A DNA stretch of 63,945 nt, counting the filler, from Octopus bimaculoides (Eukaryota), in the NCBI RefSeq assembly GCF_001194135.2. It is 7 parts of 5 records of this genome, joined end to end, with 100 filler letters (N's around TTAATTAATTAA, not from the genome) between each part and the next. Parts side by side here need not be neighbours in the genome. Positions count along the whole stretch, not along the records: positions 28,348 to 57,935 come from NC_068992.1; 6 more parts are not named here. One strand, written 5' to 3'. A program made the translations under genes and the position numbers. The notes below the pieces were generated by a model, which worked only from the letters and a program-made list of their open reading frames with translations, was not told the DNA's origin and did not search any database. Of the stretch, positions 36,845-52,026 are shown piece after piece (position 1 is the first letter of the stretch; each line of letters begins with the position of its first letter).

Positions 36845-37741
36845 TGTGTACATACATACATATGTTTGCATATATGAAGTGAACCTGCATTAACATATAG
36901 AGTGAAGCATTGATTTGCTTGATGATTTTGTAAAACGTCAATGCAGTTGAGTGTGTACAATTAATCTTGAAAGGACAGCTTTTGTAGTTTGTCATTCAAT
37001 GGCGAAGCGAATAACTGGATTTGAAATATGAGATACAATATTAAGATGATAAATACAGTCGGACAATAGACAAATAGCTTAAATTTATTCTAATAGGAGA
37101 AAGGTCTATGAAATAATTGCAAAGAATCCCAATCACATCTGACCTGCGTTACAGGAAATGAAGATATGGTGTGAGATAGGGCTGCAGAGGAAAAGAACGT
37201 GAACAGTGAATGGGAGATAGGAAGATGACTATTGTCTGTTGCTTACCTTCTGAAACACTATGTCAAATCGGAAACAATCGTATATGAAGAACGATGCTCA
37301 ATTGTTGGACAAATTCTCAAGATATAGTTAATTTTAACGAATACTTTTACGCCCACCTCGCAATTTCTTCAACACAAACCACGCTAAGACCATTAAGAAA
37401 AAACACCATCTGTATAATACTTCTTCACCTACTACTTTCACTTTGCAATGATATTGTAACTGGTGTTCCAGTTATTTGTCTAACTGAAAACTGATTTTTA
37501 CTGATAAATAAAAGCGGTTTTAATATATCATTGGCTACGGCGGGACATCGGCCCACAATGAACATAATATTAAATACTTAACGCCAGAGACCAGCAATTA
37601 CATCTTGTAAATGGTTATTGAAAGCATCCAATCATTTACAATGGGTGGCTGTTGAAATAAAGCGTCGACTGGGATATCATATTAGTGTGCAGATATTTAA
37701 ACACATACATGAATATATAAATATATATATATATATATATT

Positions 37742-37951
37742 TTTACTTGTTTCAGTCATTTGACTGTGGCCATGCTAGAGAACCACCTTAAAGGGTTATA
37801 GTCGAAGAAAACGATGCCAGGATTTATTCTTTGTATGTATAGTGTTTACTCTACCAATCACTTTTGCCGAACCGTTACGTTACGGGGAAAAACATCACCT
37901 TCAGTTGTCAAGCGGTAGAAGGGGAAACAAACATATGTACACACATGTACA

Positions 37952-37985
<34 letters not shown>

Positions 37986-38123
37986 TAAATGTCTACCAAA
38001 TCCACTCACGCGGCATTGGTTGGACCGATGCTGTACTAGAAGACACTTGCCAAGATGCCACGCAGTGAGACTGAAACCAGAACCATGCGGTTGGGAAACA
38101 AGCTTCTTACCACACAGTCACGC
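37742..38123 (-). mobile_element. SINE family A, near full length, internal (CA)n
   Basis: Same tail-microsatellite-head layout as 23268-23620. Confidence 0.9.
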
Positions 38124-39362
38124 CTGCATAAGTATATATGTATGTGTGTTTGTATACGCACACATATATGCATACATATCTACATACACACATATGTATG
38201 CACATATTCATACATACAAATATAATGTATGTGCACATATCTCAAAATGCGCCTTCGTTTAGTGTTGTACTGTTTTTCTAACAACTGTAGACCTATGTCA
38301 TTGGTTTTTTTTTATGAATATGATACAGTTACATTTATTATGAGATTTTGCTAATCATTTTGCACACTAAAATGAATTTTATATATTAGTATGTGATATC
38401 TATCCGAATAGTAAGTGTAACAACTTATTTCCGTATGGACATAGTAAAATCTGATTTTAATTTTGATCTAAATTACTCGATGTCTCCCATAGATATTTTA
38501 CATAGCAAGTTGTACATATTTCCCGTTTTGCATTATTTCTCCACTTTCTCACCGTAATAAAGCATGGATATTGACGAACTTAATAATATATGAACATGGA
38601 CTTCTGTTTCTGAAAATTCAACTTATGATAAGTATTTTCATTATTCCAGCACATGCTTTTTAGGCATTAGAAAAAAAAGTAAACATTTGTCTATCTTGTA
38701 TACTCATGTGGTGCTCAGTATAACACGTCTACATCTTTCAAATGAAGATTGGATGTTGAGAGTAGTACCACGTTGATTATATGTTTGCATAATGCAGGCT
38801 GGCGTAGTATTAAATGATAACAACAACAGCAACTTAGTGATCACAAGAGAGACTCTATAAAGTCGACAGAACTGCTCGATTTAGCAACGAAATTTTCTCT
38901 AATTTACATGCTATCGTCTTAACTGTAAAACGACTCCATACTTAACATTAGGAAGTATGGTTGTAGTTCGAATAGATTAATATTGGTTTACCCCTCTCAT
39001 CATATGCATGGGCTTTAATACTCCCACTCATCAAAAAAAAATAATAAAGTGATTATAAACACATACTATAATCGCATGTAATTAGAAGAGTTGATGGCGC
39101 ATGTGCTGTAAGTGAATCAAATGACCAGAACTCTGCTACACTGGACACAATTTCCGAGAAGGTTTCGAAACTGGTAAAATGAATTTTCTTTCGCTATCGT
39201 GGTTTTATAAATCTCAATGTTTCAATGAGGTAATAAATCGTGTGAATGGCGCCCATATACGGTTTCCGCGCCATTGGCGTCAATTGCGTCACCAAATTGC
39301 ATATATATTCAAACGGTTACATAATAACTAGTATTGAAATTATGGCTTCTTGGAAAAAGCAA

Positions 39363-39400
<38 letters not shown>

Positions 39401-40147
39401 TTTTTTCTGTTCATTTATCCTTGATATCTTTCTTAAAACCATTTCCTTCGCACATAGCTGAATAATGAGATGAGAATTGATTGCGCCGAACGGAAATGAT
39501 GCGGAAACTTGGCTTATAATCCTAAACATGCGACAGCATGTAAAATAAAATGGATTCAAACGAAAGTAACTACAAAAATAAATCACAGTCGCAGAAGAAA
39601 AACTATTACTTTCTAAATCCTCAGCAACGTAAAGCAATAAAATTCTTAAAGAAAATGGAAACTCAAGATTCCGTTTTCTTCTTTCTGTGTAGTTGTTTTT
39701 AGTTGAGAATTTTTTTTTTTTTTGCAGTGAAAATAATATAAATGTAACTAAGTATATTGCAATGTAAATGCATGAGTAAATGATGACATATTGAAATTTA
39801 AAATAAACGAAATGACATGAATTAACATAAGCAGACATAAATAGCAAAGCTAATTTCAAATGAACTAAAGTACAAAGTTGCGTGCAAGAAGATGTGAATA
39901 CAGGAGAGTTCAATAGTCATGCGAAAGCTATCAGAGAATAATGGAAACTAAATATTGTGTAAAGCAGTAAGTAATGTATAAAATGTAATTAAGTGGAGGA
40001 AATTTGCAGAAAATAGATAAAACTATTCTAAATAACTATTTGTCAGTTGAGATGTTTCATGATTAGACTTTGAGTCGTTTTATTTATTCTACAACTTAGC
40101 CATTCTTAATGGCTTGTTACAGAAGCGAAGACGTTAGATACATATGT

Positions 40148-40198
<51 letters not shown>

Positions 40199-41562
40199 TA
40201 TATACATATATGCACACATATATGTGTGAATATACACATATATATATATATGTATATATACATGCATGTATATATATCTACATAGGTAGATGTATATATT
40301 TATATATACATACACTCCCCCAGCACATATAAATTCCATTAATGGTGTTGATGGCCTCACAGATTACAGCTAAATAATATCTAAAGCTAAATTAAGCTTC
40401 ATAATCGATGCAGATAATTTTAAATAAAAATCACATTTAAAAAATTATTTACACATAATGTCTGTGTTGATAGTTTAGTCTAAGAAGCTGACGGTAGGCA
40501 CAAATACGGGGAAGCGACAATAGTTGGGCAATAACTTTTCTGTTAAAATTAAATTGTTTCCCATTCTTCTCGGATGCACTAGCCTAGACCATGGACATTG
40601 TCGCAGGAATTGAAGCATATCAACGACTTTGTAGTACACACTGATGTTTAATAGGTGTTAGACGAAACAGCCAACTATAGTGACTTGTCAGACTATTGTT
40701 TATAACATATCTTAGAATAATTTATTTTCACATGGAGCCGCAAGGAAACATAAACCCTTCTTTAATATATTTCTCTGTCTTACATGGCAAACATTCCAAC
40801 TTTTTATTGCTTCTAGAGTTGTACAAGAGACTATTGGTTTCCATGTATTCGGCATATGGCCAACTTTGTTATTGTTGTTGTTGATGTCTAGTGTCTGTTC
40901 TCCGATTAAGCAGACCGACTTATACTCGAAGGTGTACAAAACTAACGTATATTTCTCTAAGGCATGGTGTTTGTCTCCATCCGATTTGTCCGCTCTCTGT
41001 TGTTAATAGTGTGTCATTTAACTACTATATAGTTTATATTTCTGATGTATTGAGGTTCCGACGTTTGGGATATTAGATACAACTAATTGCTTTTATTGAT
41101 TACTGTATTAATACTTCTACTGTTGAGCCAACGAATTGAAACACAATGTCGATTTGCGAGATATGTATCAGAACTTAGAGTGGTGGAAATAAGTATATTA
41201 CAGCTACATACAATACCAAAACCTCATATTTGTATAAACTGAAGAAGCTTATATTTAAAATGCATAGTGAATAAAATTGTTATGTTCTTCCAACCTATTT
41301 CAGATGATGCCTTAGAATGTATTTTATTATTTGTTTTATGCTATATTTTTCTTGTCGCCAAGATCAATAAGGGCGTATGTGTAAAACAAGTGTCTGAAAG
41401 CAATTATAAAACAATGACAATGCTCTAATACCTTGATGATTTTACAACATGTTCTGGGTGTAGTATGAGTAACTAAAGGTATTTCAAGATGACTCAGAAT
41501 GACCCCACCCTTCTTCCAGTGAATGTTCATTTGTCCATCTGTATATCTATCTGTCTGACTGA

Positions 41563-41597
<35 letters not shown>

Positions 41598-41737
41598 ACT
41601 CGCTAACCAACTAAGTACAATGTCTGTACAAGCAGCTAACAAAGAAGATATTAAGGGATGATACGACTTGTATATATCAGGCTTACCTTACCTTCTCCCT
41701 CCAGTCTACTTCGTTTTAGTTGGATAAATAATAGGAT

Positions 41738-41837
41738 GTGTGAGTACGAAAGACTAGATACGATAATTAATATCTGTGTGTGAACGAAAGATTAGATTCG
41801 ATGAATAATAGTCTGGGTGTGTACGAAAGACTAGATT
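41738..41837 (+). repeat. ~39-bp minisatellite, ~2.5 copies
   Basis: The core gtg..(t/a)acgaaaga(c/t)tagat occurs three times. Confidence 0.8.
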
Positions 41838-43182
41838 GGCAAGACTTTAAAACCTTAGATCATAGCAAATTTAGAAAATCCACAAGTGAACTTGATCGTA
41901 AGATTAGATTTAGCATATTATTGTTAATTATTACATCGTATCTGAAATTTTAAAGTAAAAGTGGATTTAACTATAGAACATTTGACACATCCTGTAGGCA
42001 TTTCTGCAAAATTATCATTTTTCCCAGAGTACATATTTATAATAAAAAACTAAACCAACGATTAAATGTTGGTATTGGTTGTCCTTTTATGTTTCTGTTT
42101 TCTTTTTTATAGAGTCAGAAGTACGCTTCTAGTGAATTGTGAAAGCAATTAACAACTAATAGATAATTGATGTGTCTAGGTTAAGTCCACATATAATTTA
42201 TTATTTATTTTTGTTTTTCTTCTTTCTCTCCACCCAACTCATTTCTCGCAACTATTTATTTACAATGTAATCTCTGACGACAACAACACAACCCACCCCA
42301 TGCAGAATGTAGACTGTAGAAACCATTTCAAGTCAACAAAACATAATAGAAAAAAAATAATGATTTTTTTACGTCTGATNNNNNNNNNNNNNNNNNNNNN
42401 NNNNNNNNNNNNNNNNNNNNNNNNNNNNNNNNNNNNNNNNNNNNNNNNNNNNNNNNNNNNNNNNNNNNNNNNNNNNNNNNNNNNNNNNNNNNNNNNNNNN
42501 NNNNNNNNNNNNNNNNNNNNNNNNNNNNNNNNNNNNNNNNNNNNNNNNNNNNNNNNNNNNNNNNNNNNNNNNNNNNNNNNNNNNNNNNNNNNNNNNNNNN
42601 NNNNNNNNNNNNNNNNNNNNNNNNNNNNNNNNNNNNNNNNNNNNNNNNNNNNNNNNNNNNNNNNNNNNNNNNNNNNNNNNNNNNNNNNNNNNNNNNNNNN
42701 NNNNNNNNNNNNNNNNNNNNNNNNNNNNNNNNNNNNNNNNNNNNNNNNNNNNNNNNNNNNNNNNNNNNNNNNNNNNNNNNNNNNNNNNNNNNNNNNNNNN
42801 NNNNNNNNNNNNNNNNNNNNNNNNNNNNNNNNNNNNNNNNNNNNNNNNNNNNNNNNNNNNNNNNNNNNNNNNNNNNNNNNNNNNNNNNNNNNNNNNNNNN
42901 NNNNNNNNNNNNNNNNNNNNNNNNNNNNNNNNNNNNNNNNNNNNNNNNNNNNNNNNNNNNNNNNNNNNNNNNNNNNNNNNNNNNNNNNNNNNNNNNNNNN
43001 NNNNNNNNNNNNNNNNNNNNNNNNNNNNNNNNNNNNNNNNNNNNNNNNNNNNNNNNNNNNNNNNNNNNNNNNNNNNNNNNNNNNNNNNNNNNNNNNNNNN
43101 NNNNNNNNNNNNATATATATATATATATATACACGTTTATATACATATGAATTTTTTTGCACCTGTGTGCTTTTGTTTGTTC

Positions 43183-43220
<38 letters not shown>

Positions 43221-43829
43221 CCTCCACTTATAGATATATTCATGATCCGTTGTTTCCTCTAATTTATTTCACATGACCATTGGTCAAAGGTCATTGTTCA
43301 TAGAACACATAGAGTAGATAAAACTCTCGATCTAACAAATTAAACTATACTCGTCGTAGGCCATGCATGTCTAGTTATGACATGCACACATTCACACGTA
43401 CACCCGCGCACACATATACACACACATACGCGTGCAAACTAAAATATATGTTTATATGAGTTTTCCGCAGGCAGTGTCAAGACAATTTGTGTAGATTATT
43501 GAAGGTTCTTCCCCAAAAAAATTGCACAGGAATGAGAACAAGAGTGCTGAATCGTCTTCAGAAATTGTAATACCTCTGCATTTGTACGAGGTCATATGAA
43601 TCAATATAAAACAGCTTAGATAACAAAGGATTTGAATTCCTGAACTATCAAGGAATTTCTTGTACGCTCTTAAATACCTTAATACACTAACGCACGTATG
43701 TTGACAAACATAAATAACATACATAAATGTATATCTCATTTTCTCTGTCTCTCCCTATATGTATATATATATATATATATCTATATCTATATGTGTATGT
43801 ATGTATACACGCATATATCTAAACGAATA

Positions 43830-43874
<45 letters not shown>

Positions 43875-44393
43875 NNNNNNNNNNNNNNNNNNNNNNNNNN
43901 NNNNNNNNNNNNNNNNNNNNNNNNNNNNNNNNNNNNNNNNNNNNNNNNNNNNNNNNNNNNNNNNNNNNNNNNNNNNNNNNNNNNNNNNNNNNNNNNNNNN
44001 NNNNNNNNNNNNNNNNNNNNNNNNNNNNNNNNNNNNNNNNNNNNNNNNNNNNNNNNNNNNNNNNNNNNNNNNNNNNNNNNNNNNNNNNNNNNNNNNNNNN
44101 NNNNNNNNNNNNNNNNNNNNNNNNNNNNNNNNNNNNNNNNNNNNNNNNNNNNNNNNNNNNNNNNNNNNNNNNNNNNNNNNNNNNNNNNNNNNNNNNNNNN
44201 NNNNNNNNNNNNNNNNNNNNNNNNNNNNNNNNNNNNNNNNNNNNNNNNNNNNNNNNNNNNNNNNNNNNNNNNNNNNNNNNNNNNNNNNNNNNNNNNNNNN
44301 NNNNNNNNNNNNNNNNNNNNNNNNNNNNNNNNNNNNNNNNNNNNNNNNNNNNNNNNNNNNNNNNNNNNATATATATATATATATATATATATA

Positions 44394-45010
44394 TACGGGC
44401 TGTGCGGGCTAAATGTAACGATTATCATGTCTACTTTTTTTTTTCAGTGATAGCCTTGTGGATTGCAAGGCTGTCAAAGGTGTTGGAGAAAATATAAATT
44501 AAAGTTGTAGCTGAGAAAAGTTAGCTGCCATGGCACGCCGGATGACGTTTGAATATTGGAAAAAAGTGTCGTGTTTAATATTATGGAGATCATGACTGCT
44601 CCTGAATGCTCTGTGAACACTATAAAAGCAGTAAGAAATAGCATGGACATCACGAAACCAAGGACACCAAACCTCTGATGTCTTTAGTGAGAGTGAGGTC
44701 TTACCGCTTCATACCTTTGAACAGGATCTTAGACTCAATTCAGACGGCTGTGTGAAGCTAGTGGAGTCAGTGGTCAATCCCTGGCTGGAAGCCTGTATGT
44801 TTACCAGCGGGATTCGGCTCCTTTCTATACTTTTGGAAAGTGTCAGAATTGCTGTCGGAAAATGTGTACAACTTCACTATCGCCAATTTCTGTTTTCTTA
44901 ATTCTCCCGAATGAAACCGCAGGGATTATTCTGCGCGATTGAAAAAGACAACAACCGCTCTGCCTGCATCATCAGTGAAGTGGGATTAATTCGCTGATGT
45001 CCTTTATGCT
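44394..45010 (+). mobile_element. Internally deleted Tc1/mariner (DD37D/maT-like) transposon in (TA)n
   Basis: SESEVLPLHTFEQDLRLNSDGCVKLVESVVNPW, VYQRDSAPFYTFGK and LSENVYNF..NSPE.N..DY. Begins TA-CGGGCTGTG next to the TA tract. Confidence 0.75.
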
Positions 45011-45149
45011 GCACTCTCAACGAGGAGATGAACAGAGAATAGAATAGTAATAAGTAAATGAATGACAAATGAGCAGTGGTTGCATCCTGATCTTCTTTAG
45101 GTTACAGTTGTTTGACTATAAGGAACTATGTACCTGAGCTGAGTGACAA

Positions 45150-45297
45150 TCTTTCTCGTGGTTTCCGTCGATCCAATTCATTCACAACGCACAAGTTGAT
45201 CCTACTCGAAAATATTTCACCGAGCTCACACGCAGTGGGTCTGAAACCCAAACGATTTTGCTGCCGAGCGATTTTCTTAACTACACAGTCATGCCTG
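45150..45297 (-). mobile_element. SINE family A head, degenerate
   Basis: cacgcagtgggtctgaaacccaaacg...ttcttaactacacagtcatgcc. Confidence 0.6.
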
Positions 45298-45319
45298 CAC
45301 GTGTATGTGGAGTGTGTGC

Positions 45320-45365
<46 letters not shown>

Positions 45366-45443
45366 NNNNNNNNNNNNNNNNNNNNNNNNNNNNNNNNNNN
45401 NNNNNNNNNNNNNNNNNNNNNNNNNNNNNNNNNNNNNNNGTTT

Positions 45444-45480
<37 letters not shown>

Positions 45481-48400
45481 CATCTGTTTTGTGTTTGCGA
45501 ATCTGTTTTATATGTGCTTCCTAAGTTATGATTTAATAAAAATTCAAATAACAATAATTCCTTTTTCTTTGTTTTGTTTTTAATGACGACTAACTCTAAC
45601 TAAATAAAGCCATGCTGCGACAAGCTGATGCCGGCAATGTGGATATCAAAAGATACGTTAGATTATAATGAGGTCGTCGTTGATGTTATATTCCACGACA
45701 AATGAGAGTCACGACTGTTGAAATAATGAAAGCAGTATTCAGCCCAAATGGATACATGTTCTCAAGCGAAATCGCTATACCTATTGTATTTCATAGCTGT
45801 AGCCATTCAAGCACAACGAAAAGAAATCGTGACTGCTACGCCATAGTTGGCTGGTGAGGAAAAAGTAGAGCTTTTGTCTGTTGGCACTGGTACGTTACAC
45901 ATACAGCAACGCGTAGAGAGCGTCGTTGATAAGCAGACGAACAATTTTATCAGTATACATCAATGTAAAACTAGTTTACAACTATCTAATCAATGTAACT
46001 TTTGGAAAAGAAAAGTAGAGAAAACACCATCGACATCAAAATATTCTGTAATGCTGCATTGTTGCAAAATGAATAAATAGTGGAAAGAAATGCATTTAAC
46101 AACATGAATTCGGAATACATTGGAGAAAGAAAATAATCTCTGAAAGGGTGCAACTGTTAATAAATGGTGCAAATGGAAATAACAGATTTTTTTCTTTAAA
46201 AAAAGAATTAATTTTTTTTTTCCTGTTAGATACCCATGTTGAATTAGATGCAAACTCATTTCTCTGACTGCTAAAACAGTGCGACATTTTAACAATTGCA
46301 ACTTCATAATATATTTTCATAATCATTGTTTCTGATGAAAGCATTTAGTCGTAAAACAATAAGACAAATCATTAACTAATGATTCAATACTTTCTACATT
46401 TAGTGTACAGCTACAGAGGAGTAGTTTCTTGGTTCGCCTCACAAACACATGCATTCTGGTCTAAATCAAAAACTTTACTAAGTGAGTTCTACCCACGAAT
46501 AGAAGAAAACTTTTGAATGTAATTTGATAGAGTCTAACTTTTTCGAAATCTGTCGGAAGGACTCTGTCTTTTCTCGGTATTAGCCTTTATGTCACTTAAT
46601 TTTCCATCGTCAATTTGTCCATCGTAAGTTTTAGCTATATCCATTATGCCACAAGCATTCAGGCCAGGTATTCAAAATTATGACACCTTCTAAGAAATCT
46701 CAGGCAGCCTAAAATAATGGGCGTTTCATCTCCTACTCTGAAGAGGCCCTTCACCAATAACATGAAAAAAAAAAAAAAATACAAGTCCAAATATTAGGTA
46801 CTTACATCCTATATAAGATAGAATATGCCAAAGCGCTCGTGGTAAATAGCTCGAATGAAATTACTGAAAAATGTAGTGTAACAGAGCCGTCGGTGTGTTC
46901 TATTCCTTTCTTTCTCGATCTTAAATTAATCTCGTATTTTTCACCCTCTTCCTCCTTCTCTATTCTTTGCTGTTGCACAGTAATCTCTTCGAGGTCTACT
47001 TATACCTCATATGGCCAGAGGGCAAATGGTAACGTCCATGTCACTTTCCAAGGTGGCTGAATGCTTACACTAAAGGTAACACCACAAAACCGAGCCACGG
47101 ACCAGGTTCTGATGTTAGACCGAGTGACATTAAATCTCCCACACAAGAAGAATGATATGATAGACCAGGGAGATACTATAACATATAACAACCTAAAGAC
47201 TTTTCTATATGTATAAAGTTACAAATGAATGAACGGGGTAACTTCTTCGTGTCAATCAACTTACTACAAATAACAGCTAAAGGTCCCTCACATTACACTT
47301 CACTGTCATAAGATAGAAACCTAAGAGGTGGAATGCGATTATTTTCGTTTTTCACCAAATATTTCTCTTCTACACAATCTAGACATCGGGCTAAGGGGTA
47401 TTGCTAATTCTCAATGTCGTTTAGTATAACCTACTAACTGAAATATATCCAGAGTAGTACTATCACTTGAAATATTTATTTAAACGATTAACGCTTTCAC
47501 GGAAGGAGATTAAGAGGAACATAATCACAAACAGCCTCAAATTTTATTAGAGTAGTCGATGCTTCAGAGGTGATTCAAGAATCGATACATGACTCTGCCT
47601 ATCATTGTTCTAAAGTTCAAATATGTAATTATTAGAGATTGTGTCATACTATTTACAAAAAAGGGAAGTTCGGTATTACTTTTAGTATATAAATAAGATA
47701 AACACCCATCCTCAAGCCCATTTTTGCCACAAATGAAAGCAGATATGCATATGCGTATATAAGTGCATGCAACTTTGTGCTGTCGTATATGTGTGTGTGT
47801 GTGTGTGTATGTGCGCGTGCGAGTGTGCGTGCGTGTTTGTGTGTGTGAGTTTCATGTAATTGTATTGCTGCATTGTTTACATATATATAAGGCATTACGT
47901 TTCTCAATATGAATTTATGATAAGTTTTTGTGTTAAAGTAACACTAAAATCTCCGCGTAAATATTTAATTATAACACTCAGAAGGACATTATAACAAATC
48001 AGCTTGATATTGTCATTGTCCATTCATAACGTATAGCTAAAGTCAAATAATGTATTCAAGCAGAGGATGCAAGGTGTTAATTCAGAGACATCATGCTAGC
48101 TCTAACGCTGTATAAGAGCTGCCTACGTTAGCGACTATACAGGGCGTTGTTCGGTGGTATTTTCATGCTGGCTACAGTAGTGTAATAGTCAAATATCTAT
48201 CGTAGTAGTCGTGGCAATGACTACTGCTGTAGAAATAGAAATGTATGTTATTATATTGTTGTGGTTGTTGTTGCAGATTTTTGCTGTTGCTTTTGATGTC
48301 GCTGTTCTGCTGTTTTTTTTTCCATCCGACCTAACTACAACCGTTTCCTTTGGCTTTCAGCCATCGAGTACAGAAATTTATATAGCATAACCTATCTTTC

Positions 48401-49111
48401 AATAATTTTCACATAATGTATGTTCTGATGGAGAAATTTGCTTGGACAACCAATTGGAGGTTGCCCGTAGATTGCTCTTGTATTTGGTAATGCGTATTCG
48501 TTCGGAGATAATATCTCTTATGGACGTAATGTGTTAAATAAAACAACAGCAGTGGTGGTAATACTATATGCTCATTTCGGTCGTGTATTATTTAGCTAAA
48601 TATGGCACACAGGTCACTAATGCCATCATCACTTGACCCATTAGTGCTTTTAAATGTATTCATTATGCAGCGAGCATTCAATGCAGGTCTCAAAACCTAT
48701 ACAGTATTCTTTATACCTATAAAGTATTCTTTTAATCTGATACTGCTTGTGGTACACATCACGAATTTTGTTCAGCTGGCTGGATAATTGCGATTACTGT
48801 TTTCGCATATAACTGCAGAGAGATTTTGCCATAGCATGCGGTTACTAGCGGCTAGACTGTGCTGACGAAGCCTGTAGGGCAGAAATACTTATCTACCATT
48901 TCGAACCAGGCAGATGGAAAATATCAGTCTGTTGGTGATATATTTTTGTATTATTTAAAACATAGATGTACAAGAGATATTATCTCAGGATGAATTTCAC
49001 ATTTAAGTTGGCTATCTGTGATGTATTTGATTTAAGTATTATACGTAGAGGGTTACTTCGATTTAATTCTACTTCTGTTTAGTATAATACACACACACAC
49101 ACATATATATA

Positions 49112-49456
49112 TCGGCAAGCCAAGTGACACCACAACCCGTGGCCTATGCCATGGGTGTAACCATCCCACTTATGCGTGCCTTTCCTTCACTGGACACTAA
49201 ACTCTGCTTGCGAAGACCTGTTGAGGCAAGTGAAATCGAAATCAATTCAATTTCGCAAATTCAATTACTGGCACCCGTGCCAGTGGAGCGCTAAGAGCAC
49301 CATCCGAGTGTGATCGCTGCCAGAGCAGCTGACTGGTTTCCGTGCCGGTGGCACGTAAAACGCACTATTCGAACGTGATCGTTACCAGCGTCGCCTTACT
49401 GGCAATTGTGCCCGTGGCACGGGAAAAACATTGGAGGGAAGTCGTTGCCAGTGCCG
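49112..49456 (+). mobile_element. RTE-type LINE 3'UTR fragment related to 3643-4030
   Basis: cttgcgaagacctgttgaggcaagtgaaatc and repeated cgtgccggtggcacgtaaaa motifs match the 3'UTR of the RTE copy. Confidence 0.75.
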
Positions 49457-49727
49457 NNNNNNNNNNNNNNNNNNNNNNNNNNNNNNNNNNNNNNNNNNNN
49501 NNNNNNNNNNNNNNNNNNNNNNNNNNNNNNNNNNNNNNNNNNNNNNNNNNNNNNNNNNNNNNNNNNNNNNNNNNNNNNNNNNNNNNNNNNNNNNNNNNNN
49601 NNNNNNNNNNNNNNNNNNNNNNNNNNNNNNNNNNNNNNNNNNNNNNNNNNNNNNNNNNNNNNNNNNNNNNNNNNNNNNNNNNNNNNNNNNNNNNNNNNNN
49701 NNNNNNNNNNNNNNNNNNNNNNNNNNN

Positions 49728-49815
<88 letters not shown>

Positions 49816-49852
49816 TGCATATATATATAGATATGTATACATATATAAAGGC

Positions 49853-50322
49853 TGTTGGTTATGAGTCTTGATTAAGTTAAAAGTGGTTGGTTCCTCTTGA
49901 AGTGTCTGCGTGATGATTATACATTAACTGGTCTCGCTGTGTGCCTGGAGTGATTCTAGACTAATGATAAGAAGAATCAAATACATTTAGTGCGACTGTT
50001 GAAATCTTTATTTGCAACGTTTATAGATAAAATACATTGCAGATGTCTTACATATTGATAAGCAGCTAGTTTTGGTAATTCATGGCTTGGCTTTGTGTGC
50101 TAGGTAGCGTAGTTCTGTGTTTTGGGGAGCGTAGATCTGTGTTCTGGGCTGCGTAGTTCTATGTTCTGGGCATTGTAGTTCACCGGAAGACGTTCACTTG
50201 GCTTGTGATCTCGTCTCTATCTCCTCTCTCTGCTCTGTAGCATAAGGGATCGTTCCTTATATAACGAGTGGTAGGCAGGAAAAGAATGTTCCTGCGTTAG
50301 GATAAAAATTGTTGTTCTAACA
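49853..50322 (-). mobile_element. Possible solo LTR
   Basis: TGTT...AACA termini, minus-strand TATATAAGG at ~50255-50263 and an internal ~22-bp repeat (50106-50180). No TSD found. Confidence 0.35.
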
Positions 50323-50461
50323 CCGATTGGCTAGTTAAAGTCATCCAATCTTTGCAACGGATTTAGTACAAACTTAACAGCGTGATCAAATGTGAACAAC
50401 ACCGAAATACGCCCATTTGATAGAATTTTAAAGCTAAATAACTCAGTAGACAATATACTTG

Positions 50462-50503
<42 letters not shown>

Positions 50504-50887
50504 GTGCGTATGTATGTGTGTGTCAGTGTCGCTGTGTGCGTGTATGCATGTAAGTATGCATTTATTTACGAAACATTTTAATATTGAAAGAATAAATAGA
50601 ACAAGTTCTGAACTATTGAGAAAGGATCGATCTTCTGAACTACTCTTCACCTGCAAATATCAACACCCCAATGATCACATAAAAGCTATCATTTCTCTGT
50701 CTCCCAATTAAGTATTAGAGACGGTTGCCCATTTTAAAAGACGATGTATCATGAAAGATAGCGTCCTAGCTTCGATTTTCATAATAAGACGAGACGAACG
50801 ATTGTATTGATATCAAGCTCCATTCCATTTCATAAGCCAAATAATACTTAGGCATTTATGAACGCCCCATCTTTTCTACAAGTACAC

Positions 50888-50957
<70 letters not shown>

Positions 50958-51500
50958 ACACACAGAGGTTTTTTTTTTTTTTCGTTTTTAGCCAAACACT
51001 AAATTTAAGTAATCGGGGACGGGAAAACAACTATTATAAAAACAACTATTTTGAGATATACGTAATTCAATTAGAATTATCGATGTCTCCACCATACACT
51101 ACCATTTTAAACATATATGTAAGTAAGAACACTGATACAAATCAGGGAAACTTAATGAACAACATCGCCATATATATTTCATTTCACTTAGTCATACATA
51201 GATACAAAACAAATACACACAAATGTGTATGTGCATATATCTATGTGTGTGTGTATATGTGAGTGTGTGTGTGTGTGTGTAGATATATGTTTGGTCGGGT
51301 GTGTGTCTACGTGTGAATTTGTATGCGAATACAGTTTTCTCTGCCTGTGCGAGTGTTGATGAATAAAAATATATTAAGAAGCCTAGAATATTATACACAT
51401 GTGTATGTCTGTATCTATAAAATGCACATATTAATAGATACATATAAATAGCTATCTAAATAGTTGTATGTATATATATACATATATATGCATATAGATG

Positions 51501-51539
<39 letters not shown>

Positions 51540-51985
51540 GTGGATATATATATCATACGTGCGTGTGTGTGTGAGTGCATGTGTGTATTAGTGTGTGTTT
51601 GTGTGTTCGTGTGTGAGAGTGTAAACACAAATGCGTGTTTTCATTGTTTGTATTTTTGAGCGTAAAACATTTCTGTATTTTATACTTAATTTGAAATGAT
51701 GTTTTATTATTACTAGCAATAATTCAATGAACAACTTAGAGTGCGGCAGACCATGAGAAAATCTTATATTAATTATGTATAATCATATTTCCAAACTGAT
51801 TGTGTTATGGCATAATATTCCACTGTATCAGAGATAGAATGTCTTTTTTTTTTGTATAGACAACTTCCTAATATATACGTACATGTGCACACTTACACGC
51901 ACGCCCACATATATACATATATTTCTACACCTACCCCTCATACATATATATATATAAACACACTCTTACATATATACATACATAT

Positions 51986-52026
<41 letters not shown>

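Noticed and set aside
37247-37483. 237-bp minus-strand segment between good splice signals
   Set aside because: Stops in all three frames; at best non-coding, with no other support.
41738-41837. Spaced direct repeats superficially like a CRISPR array
   Set aside because: A eukaryotic minisatellite with homologous rather than unique spacers, and no cas genes.
48860-48895. CTGACGA-AGCC-tgtag-GGC-a-GAAA hammerhead-like motif
   Set aside because: There is an extra base before GAAA, and neither stem I nor stem III can form.
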